Source of the DNA: Deltaproteobacteria bacterium
GTDB taxonomy: Bacteria > Desulfobacterota > Binatia > DP-6
Length of the DNA: 64,000 bases
Assembly: GCA_005879795.1 (NCBI GenBank)
Contig: VBKJ01000134.1
Span: forward strand, 2,515 to 66,514
Direction of reading: 5' to 3'
Shown: positions 53,806 to 64,000 of the stretch, in pieces
How positions within the stretch are numbered: the stretch's first letter is position 1
How the letters are laid out: the number at the start of each line of letters is the position of its first letter
Position numbers and translations under genes: made by a program
The notes under the pieces: model-generated
What the model saw: only the letters and a program-made list of their open reading frames with translations
Told to the model about the DNA's origin: nothing
Databases searched by the model: none

Positions 53806-54790
53806 CGATCTCGAGCAGCGCCGCGTCGAAGCACGCCTCCTCGTCGTGTGCGCTCTTGAGCTCGAGGTCGAGGCGGCGCAGCACGAGGAGGGCGCGCTCC
53901 AGGTCGGCGGCGCGCCCGCGGCCGCGGTTCCGGTCGACCAGCCAGCGCGGCATACCGAGCCGCTCGGCGATGGCGGCGGGGGCGAGCCCCTGCTCCGCCA
54001 GCTCGGCCACGTGCAGCGCGCGGCGCAGGTTGGCGGCCACGAAGGCGACGATGAGGATCGGCGACACGCCCTCGGCGCTGAGCTGGCGGAGCACCCGCGC
54101 GGCGCCCGCGAGGTCGCGGCGGGTCAGGCGATCCGTGAGCTCCTCGACCCGGTGGGAGCGCGCCGTGGTCGCCATCGCGCGCACGTGCTGCGGCTCGATG
54201 CGCACGCCGGGACCGACGTGGAGCGAGAGCTTGTCGAGCTCGCCGGCGAGCACGCCGAGCGAAGGGCCCGAGCGCTCGACCAGCTCCTCGACCGCCGCGG
54301 GCGCGATCTCGTGCCCGCGCTCGCGGGCCAGGCGGACCACCCACGGCCCGGCGGCGCCCGCGTCGAGCTCCGGGAACCCCACGCCCGTCCGCGCGCGCAG
54401 GCAGGCGGCGAAGAGCTTGCGGCGCTGGTCCGGGTCGCCTGCGACCACCAGGACGAGCGTTCCCTCGGCACCGAGCGTCGGCAGCGCGTCCAGCACCCGG
54501 GTCTCGTCGCGCGCGGCGAGCTTCTCCGCGCGGCGGACGACGAGCACCTGCGCACCCCCGAAGAGCGGCGGGGATCTGAGGTCCCCGAGTGCGCCGCCCA
54601 GGCGCTCGGCGTCCTGGTCGGCCCACAGGGTCCGCCACGTCCCCGGCCGGCCCGCGGGCAGAAGCCGGCGCCGGAGCACGCCGAGCGCGCGCTCGACGAG
54701 GAACGTCTCCTTGCCGAAGACGAGATAGGAGGGCCGCAGCGGCTCGCGCTCGAGGGCTGCGAGCGGATCGGGTGTGGCGCTCAGAAGCCC
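53792..54790 (-). CDS. holA: DNA polymerase III delta subunit (start codon unresolved; the upper coordinate is approximate)
   Basis: A conserved N-terminus (PLRPSYLVFGKETFLVERAL) and a delta fold. No ATG/GTG/TTG was found in frame between this motif and the lptE stop; only CTG codons occur there. Confidence 0.6.
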   Translation of the reverse strand, partial: GLLSATPDPLAALEREPLRPSYLVFGKETFLVERALGVLRRRLLPAGRPGTWRTLWADQDAERLGGALGDLRSPPLFGGAQVLVVRRAEKLAARDETRVLDALPTLGAEGTLVLVVAGDPDQRRKLFAACLRARTGVGFPELDAGAAGPWVVRLARERGHEIAPAAVEELVERSGPSLGVLAGELDKLSLHVGPGVRIEPQHVRAMATTARSHRVEELTDRLTRRDLAGAARVLRQLSAEGVSPILIVAFVAANLRRALHVAELAEQGLAPAAIAERLGMPRWLVDRNRGRGRAADLERALLVLRRLDLELKSAHDEEACFDAALLEIASAS

Positions 54791-55356
54791 TCCATCGTCT
54801 GCAGGTAGATGTCGCGGGCGAGGAGCTCGATGAGCTCGACCTCCGCCGCCCGCCGGCGCGCCTCGCCGATCTGCACGTTGGGCAGGTCGGGGAGATCGCG
54901 GGCGTTGATCGTGCCGCGCTGGAAGCGCGGCGAGCTGGTGACGACGGCGCCGCTCACCGCCCCGAAGTCCTGCGACTCCTGGAGCAGCTTGTTCTCGAAG
55001 AGGACGTGGCCGCTCTCGCGCTCGGTGAGCCGCATGCCCACCCGCATGACCCCCTGGTACTGCACCGCCTCGTCGGTGGCGCTGAAGGCGACCGGCACGC
55101 TCGTGAAGCTGCGGATGGTGCCGGAGAGCACCAGGTCGGCATCGCCGTCGGTGACCACGCGCAGCGCCCCCAGCCGGCGGAACTCGTCCTCGACGGCGCG
55201 GTGCAGGCGGACCTCGAGGCCGGTCTCGCGGGTGTGGTTGGTGAACGGCTCGATGCGGATCGAGCGCGCCCCGTCCGGGACCGTAGTGCCCGTGCCGGCC
55301 AGGTGGTAGCCGCACCCCGCGAGCGCGAGGGCGGCGAGGAACGCGGCGCACCTCAT
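54781..55356 (-). CDS. lptE: LPS-assembly lipoprotein LptE
   Basis: 191 aa starting [19 protein letters not shown], which contains a lipobox. Its position between leuS and holA matches the conserved leuS-lptE-holA synteny. It overlaps the leuS stop (ATGA). Confidence 0.75.
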   Translation of the reverse strand: MRCAAFLAALALAGCGYHLAGTGTTVPDGARSIRIEPFTNHTRETGLEVRLHRAVEDEFRRLGALRVVTDGDADLVLSGTIRSFTSVPVAFSATDEAVQYQGVMRVGMRLTERESGHVLFENKLLQESQDFGAVSGAVVTSSPRFQRGTINARDLPDLPNVQIGEARRRAAEVELIELLARDIYLQTMEGF

Positions 55357-57832
55357 GCGATCAGGTTCAGCATGCGTCGGGGTACGAATACCACCTTGCG
55401 GATCGGCCGCCCACCGGTGTGCGCCTGGATGTGCGGGGCGGCGAGCGCGGCGGCCACGACTTGAGCCTCGGCCGCGTCGGCCGGTACGCTGACGCGGCCG
55501 CGCAGCCTGCCGTTCACCTGCACCGGAAGCTCGATCAGCTCGCGCACGAGCGCGCCGGGGTCCGCCGCGGGCCAGCGCTCGGCGTCGAGCGCTCGGGCGT
55601 GGCCCGTCGCCTCCCACAGCTCGCTCGCGATGTGAGGCACGAAGGGCGCGAGCAGGAGGAGCGTCGCGTCGACCGCCTCGCGCAGCACGGCGGGGCTCGC
55701 GCGCTCGCTCGCATCGCCGAGCGCGTTCACCAGCTCCATGACCGCCGCGACGGCGGTGTTGAAGTGGAGCCGCTCGACCACGTCGCCGGTCACGCGGCGG
55801 ATGGTCTCGTGGGTGCGGCGGTGGAGCTCGCGCTCGTCCGCGCCGAGCTGGCCGGGGAGCCGCGTCCCCGGCGGCGCCAGACGCGGCGCGAGCGCGTGCA
55901 CCAGGCGCCAGAGGCGGTGGAGGAAGCGATGCATCCCCTCCACGCCCTGGTCGCTCCACTCGAGGTCCTTCTCGGGCGGCGCCTGGAAGAGGCAGAACAG
56001 GCGCGCCGTGTCGGCCCCGTAGCGCTCGATCAGGTAGTCGGGGTCGACCACGTTGCCCTTCGACTTGCTCATCTTGGCGCCGTCCTTGATGACCATGCCC
56101 TGCGTGAGCAGGTCGCGGAACGGCTCGTCGAGCCGCACGTAGCCCAGGTCGCGCAGCACCTTGGTGAAGAAGCGCGCGTAGAGGAGATGGAGCACGGCGT
56201 GCTCGATGCCCCCGATGTAGCGCTCGACGCCCTCGGCGCCGAGCCAGTAGTCGAGCTCGGCGGGATCGAAGGGCGCGGCGTCGCTCCGGGGCGAGCAGTA
56301 GCGCGCGAAGTACCAGGACGACTCGACGAAGGTGTCCATGGTGTCGGTCTCGCGCCGGGCGGGCCCGCCGCAGCGCGGGCAGGCGACGCGCACGAAGGCC
56401 GCGTGCGCGGCGAGCGGCGAGCCGCCGGTGCCGGTGAAGGCCACGTTCTCGGGCAGGACGACGGGCAGGTCGCGCTCCGGCACCGGCACCGTGCCGCACC
56501 GCTCGCAGTAGATGATGGGGATGGGCGCGCCCCAGTAGCGCTGGCGCGAGATGCCCCAGTCGCGCAGGCGGTACGACACGGTCGGGCCGCCCTGACCGCG
56601 CGCGGCGAGGGCGGCCGCGATGCGCTCCTTCGCGCGCTCGCTCTCGAGCCCCGTGAACTCCCCCGAGTCGACGAGGAGGCCCGGCCCCTCCCACGCCGCC
56701 TCCATGCCGCCCGGGTCGAGGCGCTCGCCCTCCGGCTGCACCACCACCCGCACCGGGAGCCCGTACGCGCGCGCGAACTCGAAATCGCGCTGGTCGTGCG
56801 CGGGCACGGCCATGACCGCGCCCGTGCCGTACTCCATGAGGACGAAGTTCGCGACGTAGATCGGCAGGCGGGCGCCCGTGATGGGATGGCGGCAGAAGGC
56901 GCCGGTCGCCACACCCTCCTTGCCGACCGCGCGCTCGGCGCGCGAGGTCGCCCGCACGCGTGCGGTGAAGGCGGCGACCCCTGCGGCCGCGGGCGTGCCC
57001 GCGACCAGCTCGGGCACCAGCGGATGCTCGGCCGCGAGGCTCATGAAGGTGACGCCGAAGAGCGTGTCGGCGCGGGTGGTGAAGACCGCGACCTCGCCGG
57101 CGCGGCCTTCGAGTGGAAAGCGGATCTCCGCGCCCGCGCTCCGCCCGATCCAGTTCCGCTGCATGGTGAGCACGCGCTCGGGCCAGCCGGTCAGGCGGTC
57201 GAGGTCGCGCAGCAGCTCCTCGGCATAGGCCGTGATGCGGAAGAACCACTGCTCGAGCTCGCGGTCCGTGACCGGGCCGTCGCAGCGCCAGCAGCGGCCG
57301 TCCACCACCTGCTCGTTGGCGAGCACGGTCTCGCAGTGTGCGCACCAGTTGACGAGCGAGCGGCGCTTGTGGGCGAGGCCGCGCTCGAGCATGCGCAGGA
57401 AGAAGAGCTGCTCCCAGCGGTAGTAGCGCGGGTCGCAGGTGGCGAGCTCGCGCTCCCAGTCGTACGAGAAGCCGAGCCGGCGGAGCTGCCGGCGCATGTG
57501 GTCGATGTTGTCGTAGGTCCACCGGGCGGGGTGGACGCCGTGCTCGATGGCGGCGTTCTCGGCCGGGAGCCCGAAAGCGTCCCAGCCCATGGGGTGGAGC
57601 ACGCGGTAGCCCGCCATCCGCCGCTGGCGCGCGATCACGTCGCCGATCGAGTAGTTGCGCACGTGCCCCATGTGGATGTGCCCGGAGGCGTACGGGAACA
57701 TTGCGAGGACGTAGTACGCCTGCTGGCCCGGCTCGGCGCGCGCCGCGAAGGCGCGCGCCTCCTCCCAGCCGCGCTGCCACTTCGCCTCGACCGCCTGCGG
57801 GTCGTACCGCCCCGGCCCCCCCGCCCGCGCCA
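55353..57832 (-). CDS. leuS: Leucine--tRNA ligase
   Basis: 826 aa with the HIGH motif (ASGHIHMGH), the KMSKS motif and the CP1 editing domain. The ATG at 57832..57830 was verified. Confidence 0.9.
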
Positions 57833-57835
57833 TCC

Positions 57836-58264
57836 TCACTCCGGACGCTCCGGCTTCGCCTTGACGCCGAGCACCTGGGCGATGTGGTCGAGCACGCCGT
57901 TCACGAAGGCAGGCGAGTCCTCGCTCCCGAAGCGGCGCGCGATCTCGATCGCCTCGTCGATCGCGACCGAAGGGGGAATGTCCGGCCGCGCGAGGAGCTC
58001 GAAGGTGGCGAGGCGGAGCAGGCTCAGATCGACGCGCGAGAGGCGCGGCAGCCGCCAGTGCTCGGCGCTCGCCGCGATCAGCGCATCGATGCGCTCGCGG
58101 TGCGCGGCCACGCCCTCGACCAGCTCGCGGGCGAAGGCCTGCACCTCGCGCTCGGCGTCGAAGTACGACCAGAAGAGCGCCATGCCCGGGTCGCCCTCCC
58201 CCGCCACGTCGAGCTGGTAGAGCGCCTGGAGGGCCAGCTCTCGCGCCTCGCGCCGCGAGCCCAT
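57836..58264 (-). CDS. nusB: Transcription antitermination factor NusB
   Basis: 142 aa starting [20 protein letters not shown]. Confidence 0.85.
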   Translation of the reverse strand: MGSRREARELALQALYQLDVAGEGDPGMALFWSYFDAEREVQAFARELVEGVAAHRERIDALIAASAEHWRLPRLSRVDLSLLRLATFELLARPDIPPSVAIDEAIEIARRFGSEDSPAFVNGVLDHIAQVLGVKAKPERPE

Positions 58265-58737
58265 CAAGCCCTCTGCACCGCGCGCAGGAGGTACACCATC
58301 TCGAGCGCGGTGAGCGCCGCCTCGTAGCCCTTGTTGCCCCGCGTGCCGCCCGCGCGCGCGAGCGCCTGCTCGAGGGTGTCGGTGGTGAGCACCCCGAAGG
58401 CGACGGGCAGGTCCTGCCGGAGGGCCACGTCCGCGATGCCGCGCGCCGCCGCGGCCGCCACGTAGTCGAAGTGCGGCGTCTCGCCGCGCACCACCGCACC
58501 CAGGCAGACGAGCGCGTCGTAGCGGCCGGTCGAGGCCATGCGCTGCGCGCAGAGCGGCAGCTCGAAGGCGCCGGGCACCGTCGCCACGTCGATCGCGTCG
58601 TCCGCCACCCCGTGGCGCGCCAGCGCGTCGAGCGCACCGGCCAGGAGGAGGTCGGTCACGCTCTGGTTGAAGCGCGCGAGCGCGACGCCGATGCGCAGCC
58701 CCTCGCCGCTCGGGGTGGCCTGCAGGTGGCGCGGCAC
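58264..58737 (-). CDS. ribH: 6,7-dimethyl-8-ribityllumazine synthase
   Basis: 157 aa with [10 protein letters not shown] and GAFELP. Confidence 0.85.
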   Translation of the reverse strand: MPRHLQATPSGEGLRIGVALARFNQSVTDLLLAGALDALARHGVADDAIDVATVPGAFELPLCAQRMASTGRYDALVCLGAVVRGETPHFDYVAAAAARGIADVALRQDLPVAFGVLTTDTLEQALARAGGTRGNKGYEAALTALEMVYLLRAVQRA

Positions 58738-58749
58738 GGGTCGGGACGC

Positions 58750-59961
58750 TCAGCTGGTGCGCTGGAGCCCGGAGAGGAGGTGTCCGAGCTTGGCCTGCTT
58801 GGTGCGCAGGTACTCGATGTTGCCCGCGTGCGGCGCCACCTCGAGCGGGGCGCGCGCCACCACGTGCACGCCGTAGCTCTCGAGCCCGCCGATCTTCTGC
58901 GGGTTGTTGGTGAGCAGCCGCACGTGCCGAACGCCCAGGTCGCGCAGGATCTGCGCCCCGATGCCGTAGTCCCGAAGGTCCTCCCGGAAGCCGAGCTCGA
59001 GGTTCGCCTCCACCGTGTCGCGGCCCCGATCCTGAAGCGCGTAGGCGCGGATCTTGTTGGCGAGCCCGATGCCGCGGCCTTCCTGGTGGAGATAGACGAG
59101 CACGCCGCGACCCGCCACCGTGATTGCCTCGAGCGCCTGGCGGAGCTGGTCGCCGCAGTCGCAGCGCTCGGAGCCGAAGACGTCGCCGGTCAGGCACTCC
59201 GAGTGCAGGCGCACGAGCACCTCGGCGTCGCCCTGCACGTCGCCCAGCACGAGCGCCATGTGCTGATGCTGGTCGACCGAGTTGTCGTACACGATGGCGC
59301 GGAAGGTCGGGCCGTCACGCAGCGGGAGCATCGCCTCGGCCACGCGGCGCACGAGCGTGTCCGAGCGGAGCCGCATCTGGATCACCTCGGTGATGCTGAT
59401 GCGCGGGAGGCCGTGGTGCGTGGCGAGCGCGTCCAGCTCGGCCGCCGTCGCGAGGTTGCCCGACGGCCCGAGCACGCTGCAGACGACCGCCTCGGGGCCC
59501 ATCCCCGCCAGGCGCACGAGGTCGCTCGCCGCTTCGGGGAGCGCGGCGTACACGAGGGTCCCGCCCTGCGCCGCCTGGATGGGCGTCACGTGCCCTGGCA
59601 TCACCAGATCGCCCGGCGTCGCGTCGGCGGCAACCGCCGCCAGGATCGTGGTGGCGCGGTCCGAAGCGCTGATCCCGGTCGAGACCCCCTGGCGTGCCTC
59701 GATCGAGGCGCCGTAGGCGGGTGTGGCACCCGCGCGCGGCCCCATGAGCGGGATGCCGAGCTGCCGCATGCGCGCCGGCGGCAGCACCAGGCAGACGAGC
59801 CCGCGCGCGTGCTTCACCAGGAAGTTGATGGTGGCCGGCGCGACGCGCGCCGCCGCGCAGCCGAGCACCGCCTCCGGCGGCTCGGCCGCAGCATCGACGA
59901 TCAGCACGACGCCGCCGCCCCGGATCTGCTCGACGCACCCGGCGATGCTCTCCGGCGCCAT
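58750..59961 (-). CDS. ribBA: Bifunctional 3,4-dihydroxy-2-butanone-4-phosphate synthase / GTP cyclohydrolase II
   Basis: 403 aa from MAPESIAGC (ATG 59961..59959 verified). It has a DHBP synthase N-domain and a GTP cyclohydrolase II domain with a Cys zinc cluster ([20 protein letters not shown]). Confidence 0.85.
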   Translation of the reverse strand: MAPESIAGCVEQIRGGGVVLIVDAAAEPPEAVLGCAAARVAPATINFLVKHARGLVCLVLPPARMRQLGIPLMGPRAGATPAYGASIEARQGVSTGISASDRATTILAAVAADATPGDLVMPGHVTPIQAAQGGTLVYAALPEAASDLVRLAGMGPEAVVCSVLGPSGNLATAAELDALATHHGLPRISITEVIQMRLRSDTLVRRVAEAMLPLRDGPTFRAIVYDNSVDQHQHMALVLGDVQGDAEVLVRLHSECLTGDVFGSERCDCGDQLRQALEAITVAGRGVLVYLHQEGRGIGLANKIRAYALQDRGRDTVEANLELGFREDLRDYGIGAQILRDLGVRHVRLLTNNPQKIGGLESYGVHVVARAPLEVAPHAGNIEYLRTKQAKLGHLLSGLQRTS

Positions 59962-60351
59962 CGGCGCAACCCTACCCCGCCGCCGACGCCGAGGCAAAGG
60001 CGGGCGGCGGGGACGGCGCGGGGCGGCGGCGGCGCCCCCGCGCGCCGGTGGCGGCGGGTTTGACGGAACCATCGCCGCGCTCGTCGCGCTCGAAGGGCGC
60101 GCCGAGAGCAGCCGACCTGCGGGCAGTTGGGGCTTGCGTGTCGATGATGCGCAGCCGGCCCTGGCGTACGATGGGGCGGGCAAAGGGTGCGCTATCGCGG
60201 CGGAGCGCCGCCCGTCTTCATCGATGCAACTTCCCGCTTGTGGGGACGACCCCGGCCGTGACTATGCCCCACGTCGCATGGTAAAGGGGCGCTGGCGCCT
60301 GGTTCAAGTCCGGGTCCGATCCCGCCGACAACGATCCAGAGGGGGTGGGTA

Positions 60352-60928
60352 CGTGAGTGGAGAGGCGTTCATCGACTACTACGAACTCCTTCAGCTCAGT
60401 TCGAACGCGGACGAAGACACGGTTCGCCGTGTATTTCGCCACCTGGCCAAGAAGTATCATCCCGACGGCCCCGGCCACGGCGATGCAAAACTCTTCAATC
60501 TCCTTGTTGAAGCGCAACGCACGTTGACCGACCCCGGGGCGCGGGCGGCCTACGACGCGAAGTACCAGCAGTACTGGAACCGCACCTGGAAGGTCGCCGC
60601 CGAGGCCGCCGACGGCCAGACGATCGTCGACGACGCAGACATCCGAGAACGGCTGCTCGCGCTGTTGTACGTTCAGCGCAGGCAGAGCGCACGTCAGCCG
60701 GGCATGGGCGACATGGAACTCGCGCGTGTCGTCGGCTGTCCCCCCGAGCACTTGGATTTTCACCTCTGGTATCTGAGGGAGAAGGGCTGGATCCAACGGC
60801 TCGACACCGGCCTGTTGGCCATCACCGCAGAGGGCGTGGATCAGGTGGAAGCGTATCGCGCGCGCGTCGGCCCCACCCGCATGATAGACACGCGAGTTGG
60901 ACGTGGCGCGAATGACGCACCCGACTGA
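60352..60928 (+). CDS. J-domain (DnaJ-like) protein with a winged-helix-like C-terminal domain
   Basis: From a GTG at 60352: IDYYELLQLSSNADEDTVRRVFRHLAKKYHPDGPG, which carries the HPD motif. Confidence 0.6.
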
Positions 60929-61099
60929 CGAACCGTGCTCCGCCACACCGGCCACTGACTCTCCGCGACTTCGAGCAGCGCCTCGCCGCCGTTTCCGAGG
61001 TCGCTCGCCTGCTGAAGTGCTCGAGCCCGCCTGCGGTGGACCGCGGGCACGCGGGCGGTGTATGGCAGGGCGACCGATTCGGCCGTGGAGGGTCGAGCC

Positions 61100-61570
61100 A
61101 TGACGAAGGGGAGCGGCGCCGGCGTTCTCGCGCTCGTGGCTGCGCTGCGGGCGAGCGGCGCGCTCGGCGCGTGGATGGTGAACGAGCGCGGCGAGTGCGT
61201 GCGGGCGTGGACGACCGCCTCGCTCGGGCGCGGACCCTCGGCAATGCTGAACGCGCCGCTCGCGCCCGTCCGGTCTGCGGTCGGCGGGTTCCGGGTCGCG
61301 CACGACGACCGGAGCCCGGACCTGAAGTCGAAGATCCTGTTGCCTCCGCTGTTGACGCTCGGCGGAGGCGCCATGGGCCTGGTCGACGCCGCCGTCTGGC
61401 TCGGCACCGGGCTCGCCGACACGGTCACCGGCGGCTACTTCGAGGTGGCGCCGGAGGAGGCGACGCGTCTCGGCGTCGAGCCGATCGTGCCGGCGTTCGC
61501 TCGCGTCCCCGGGCGGGGCAGCACGGACCGCTGTGGCCGTGGGGCCGGAACGCTGGCCGCCGCACGCTGA
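61100..61570 (+). CDS. Hypothetical protein
   Basis: An ORF of about 156 aa starting MTKGSGAGVLALVAALRASGALG. It has no recognisable motifs. Its codon bias is plausible for the genome. Confidence 0.25.
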   Translation: MTKGSGAGVLALVAALRASGALGAWMVNERGECVRAWTTASLGRGPSAMLNAPLAPVRSAVGGFRVAHDDRSPDLKSKILLPPLLTLGGGAMGLVDAAVWLGTGLADTVTGGYFEVAPEEATRLGVEPIVPAFARVPGRGSTDRCGRGAGTLAAAR

Positions 61571-61622
61571 GCCGGCGCCTCAACGAGACCGCGCCGTGGG
61601 AGGTGAGCGCGTCCGGGCCGCT

Positions 61623-62447
61623 TCACCCCGCCGTCGCCCCCAGCGCCTGCGGCCTCACCATCGCGAACTCGCGCTCGAAGTGGGGCTGGATCGTCCCGAA
61701 CACACGGTCCCAGATGGTGGTGATGATCCCGTAGTTCCCGGCGATCTCGGAGTGATGCGCGTCGTGGAAGGATGGCGTCACGAACCAGCGGGACAGGCGA
61801 TTCGTGTACCACCAGCGTGGGAACACCTCGTGCCCGGTGTGCAGGAGGATGCTGTTCACCGTCCCGTGAAGGCTGACGAGCGTGACGGCGTACATATGGA
61901 AGGGGAACAGCGTCAGGGCCAGCGGAAGGAAGCCGCCGGTCAGCAACGCCTCGATCGGATGCACAGAGAACGCCGTCAGCGGGTTCGGCATGATGGATCG
62001 GTGGTGCACCTTGTGAACCCAGTCATAGACGATGCCCACGTGCAACACCCGGTGCACGGTATAGAAGTAGAGGTCGAAGAGCAGGAAGTAGAGGACGGTC
62101 TGACCGAGAACGGCGAGGCGGGTCGTGTTGCCGAAGTCTATGACCGCGATCCCTCGTTGAAGGAGGTAGATGGTGAACATCCCGACGACCCCGCCCAGCA
62201 TGAGCGTCGTCGACGTGAACAGCAGCTCGTGGAGCAGGACGCGCCCGTTGAAGCCGCCCTGCTGAATCTTCCGCTTCCTGAAGAAGCCCCGGAAGACGAC
62301 GTGGATTAGCAGGAAGGCCAACGCGATGACCATGCCGTTGGCGAGCGGCAGGCGGAAGACCTCCGTGAACCCCACCCGCTGCACGACGAAGAGCGCGAGG
62401 ATCGTGTCGACGAGCGGGTTCACCGGCTGCAGGCCCTGACGGGCCAC
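61623..62447 (-). CDS. Fatty acid hydroxylase / sterol desaturase superfamily membrane protein
   Basis: His boxes HKVHHR and HDAHHS, with TM segments. A GTG start at 62447 or an ATG at 62334. Confidence 0.65.
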   Translation of the reverse strand: MARQGLQPVNPLVDTILALFVVQRVGFTEVFRLPLANGMVIALAFLLIHVVFRGFFRKRKIQQGGFNGRVLLHELLFTSTTLMLGGVVGMFTIYLLQRGIAVIDFGNTTRLAVLGQTVLYFLLFDLYFYTVHRVLHVGIVYDWVHKVHHRSIMPNPLTAFSVHPIEALLTGGFLPLALTLFPFHMYAVTLVSLHGTVNSILLHTGHEVFPRWWYTNRLSRWFVTPSFHDAHHSEIAGNYGIITTIWDRVFGTIQPHFEREFAMVRPQALGATAG

Positions 62448-63415
62448 TGAAGACCTGGGAGGCCTCGGTGGTGCACCTCTCTCTGATTCACCCGCTCGCC
62501 GGGATGCCGTACCAGGCTCAAGAGGTTCCCCCCGGCCGCACCCGGACTGGCGCCGAGTCCGCTCGCCAAGGCGAGCAGCGCGACCGTGGCCTGCTTGCGA
62601 CGAGCGAAGTCGCCCCCCTCGCGCCTGCGGGCGGCCCAGCGGGCGAAGGTCACGACCAAGGCGATCGTGGTGACGACTAGGACGGTCGCTGGAATGCCGA
62701 CCAGCAGCGCCGAAGGCTCGGGCACTGCGCGCAGCGGCTCGAGCGCAAGCTTCGCAGCCGGACGGAGGATGCAGAACGCAGCCAGCAGCGATCCCGCAGG
62801 TGCGCCGCGGCGGAAGAGCCAGAGGAGCACCCCCAGGGTGAGGAGCGAGGCCATCGCGAAGTAGAGCGGCAGGGGGTGAGCCGGCAGCGAAAGCGGAGCG
62901 TCGGCGGGGATCAAATGGGCCGCCACCTGTGCGTTGTAGGCCTGGGTGTCCGGGGCATGGCGCCAGCAGAAGAGCGCGAAGCGGCCGCACGCCCTGCCCA
63001 TGCAGCACCCGTTGGCGAGGCACCCGAGCCGTCCTATCGGAATCAACACCGATGCCCAGACGGCGAGCGCATCCCCCGTCGCACGCCAGGGCGCGCGGAG
63101 GAACGCGCACCACAGCCCCGCGGCCACGACGCCGGTCAGCAGACCGAGCGGCAGGTGGTTCCCGGGCGCGAACAGCTCGCGGGGCGAGACCAACAGGGCA
63201 CCCACGAGCGCGTGGAGCTCGAGCGGAGCTTGCTCGAAACGGTACTGCCACTTGGCGCCGACGGCGCACCCCACTATGGCAACCACGAGCGCGCCGACCG
63301 TCGCCGGAGTGAGCGCGCGGCGCGCGCGCAGCATGAGGAGGCCGGCGAGGAAGCCGGCGAAGTAGCCTGCCGCCCACGCGGCCACGTATGAGCTAGGCAC
63401 CGTACATCCTCGCAT
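62420..63415 (-). CDS. lgt: Prolipoprotein diacylglyceryl transferase-like membrane protein
   Basis: 331 aa, multipass. An Lgt-like segment IPIGRLGCLANGCC corresponds to the Lgt signature Y/IPIGRxGNxxNgE. Confidence 0.4.
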   Translation of the reverse strand: MRGCTVPSSYVAAWAAGYFAGFLAGLLMLRARRALTPATVGALVVAIVGCAVGAKWQYRFEQAPLELHALVGALLVSPRELFAPGNHLPLGLLTGVVAAGLWCAFLRAPWRATGDALAVWASVLIPIGRLGCLANGCCMGRACGRFALFCWRHAPDTQAYNAQVAAHLIPADAPLSLPAHPLPLYFAMASLLTLGVLLWLFRRGAPAGSLLAAFCILRPAAKLALEPLRAVPEPSALLVGIPATVLVVTTIALVVTFARWAARRREGGDFARRKQATVALLALASGLGASPGAAGGNLLSLVRHPGERVNQREVHHRGLPGLQWPVRACSR

Positions 63416-63603
63416 CCGCGACGCGGCGGCGCGGCGGGCAGCGGATCGTCAGGAAGCCACCCGGGCTTGTCGAAGAGCCGAGGGAGAGGATGTGCACCAA
63501 CACGCGTCACGTGTAAGCCCGGTGAACGGACCGGGTCAAGTACGGGTGACGGCGCCCCTCAGCCGGAAACCCGGTGCGCCAGCGGCTCCGCGACCCAGCC
63601 TCG

Positions 63604-64000
63604 CTACTGCCTCGCTGCGGTCGCGTCGGGCGGCGCGAGCGCCAGGGCGGCCCGTACGGCCGGCATCGGGCGCAGCAGCGCGCGGACGGTGGCAAGGGCC
63701 TCGTGCATGCTCCCCACCTGGTTCACCTGCTCGCCGGGGTCGACGATGAGGTCGAACAGGCGCTCCTCGCCGTACTCACTGCGCATGTACTTCAGGTGCG
63801 CGGTGCGAACGCCCGTCCACTCCTCGCCAAACAGCAGGTTGCCGAGGTTGAAGGAACGCTCGGAGCCTGCGCGCCCGGTGAGCAGATCGACGCCCCCCCT
63901 CCCTTGCTCCTCGATGCCCGCCAGCGCGAGGATCGTCGGCGCGACGTCGATCACGTTGCTCAGCTCTCCGCGGCTCATCGGGCCCCGCGGCTCCGCGGCC
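63604..64000 (-). CDS. Sulfatase / alkaline-phosphatase-superfamily enzyme, C-terminal fragment (the N-terminus lies beyond the window end)
   Basis: The C-terminal sulfatase block IDVAPTILALAGI is present. The ORF is open to position 64000. Confidence 0.55.
   Translation of the reverse strand, partial: AAEPRGPMSRGELSNVIDVAPTILALAGIEEQGRGGVDLLTGRAGSERSFNLGNLLFGEEWTGVRTAHLKYMRSEYGEERLFDLIVDPGEQVNQVGSMHEALATVRALLRPMPAVRAALALAPPDATAARQ

Noticed and set aside
60247-60322. A possible tRNA suggested by the GGTTCAAGTCC T-loop-like sequence
   Set aside because: There is no complementary 5' acceptor strand for TCCGATC, no D-arm or anticodon arm, and no CCA. It is most likely a coincidental hairpin.
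1-64000. CRISPR arrays, rRNA and tRNA genes, integrases and transposases
   Set aside because: No regularly spaced short direct repeats, no rRNA-like conserved blocks, no convincing cloverleaf, and no recombinase or transposase motifs (DDE, tyrosine recombinase R..H..R..Y) were seen in any ORF.

Overview
This is a 64 kb chromosomal window at roughly 70% GC. The gene content points to a Gram-negative, probably deltaproteobacterial or myxobacterial-type organism: Mla and LptE envelope genes, a σ54/NtrC-type regulator, Tad secretion ATPases, KorAB, and the leuS-lptE-holA and ribBA-ribH-nusB arrangements.

Coding density is high, and many genes overlap by 1-4 nt (ATGA or GTGA start/stop overlaps). 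I treat the very long six-frame ORFs as read-through artefacts of GC-rich DNA and resolved them into component genes by motif content.

Main blocks, in order:
- a 5'-truncated gene fusing a clan-CD C13-like peptidase, a PDZ domain and a TlpA-like thioredoxin;
- a translationally coupled α-glucan operon (glgC, GH57, an unknown 222-aa protein, GT4);
- secreted HAF-repeat and hypothetical proteins;
- an Mla phospholipid ABC system split by an insertion: mlaE, then a 2.2 kb segment carrying an internally tandem-duplicated DUF1566 secreted protein, then mlaF-mlaD;
- a bbs-like β-oxidation operon (CoA transferase III, HMGCS-like/DUF35 fusion, ACAD, two hot-dog hydratase subunits, SDR);
- a large minus-strand envelope-export locus that I consider the most interesting candidate for an undescribed system: NTF2-like lipoprotein, Ycf48-like BNR lipoprotein, an RND/MMPL exporter with an inserted PDZ domain, GldA/F/G-type ABC-2 transporter, DUF4340-like protein, and four tandem paralogs of a roughly 420-aa secreted DUF1329-like family;
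- a σ54-driven NtrC-family regulator with a minimal TadZ/TadA (CpaE/CpaF) ATPase pair, a stand-alone receiver and a retropepsin-like protease;
- a second thiolase/DUF35/GFA cluster;
- purN, an RNase HIII-like gene with a start-codon problem, and a TPR-cold-shock-domain fusion;
- an MpaB-like oxygenase, a GT2/TIGR04283 and DUF2064/TIGR04282 glycosyltransferase pair, korAB, a small redox operon (grx, cytochrome c, a frameshifted CBS gene);
- mazG, rpsT, holA, lptE, leuS, nusB, ribH, ribBA, a J-domain protein, a fatty-acid hydroxylase, an lgt-like gene and a 3'-fragment of a sulfatase.

Non-coding features:
- a roughly 165-bp structured repeat in two copies, supported by compensatory base changes;
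- a 45-nt motif conserved in two intergenic regions;
- a 115-bp palindromic element;
- a σ54 promoter;
- a GNRA-loop terminator.
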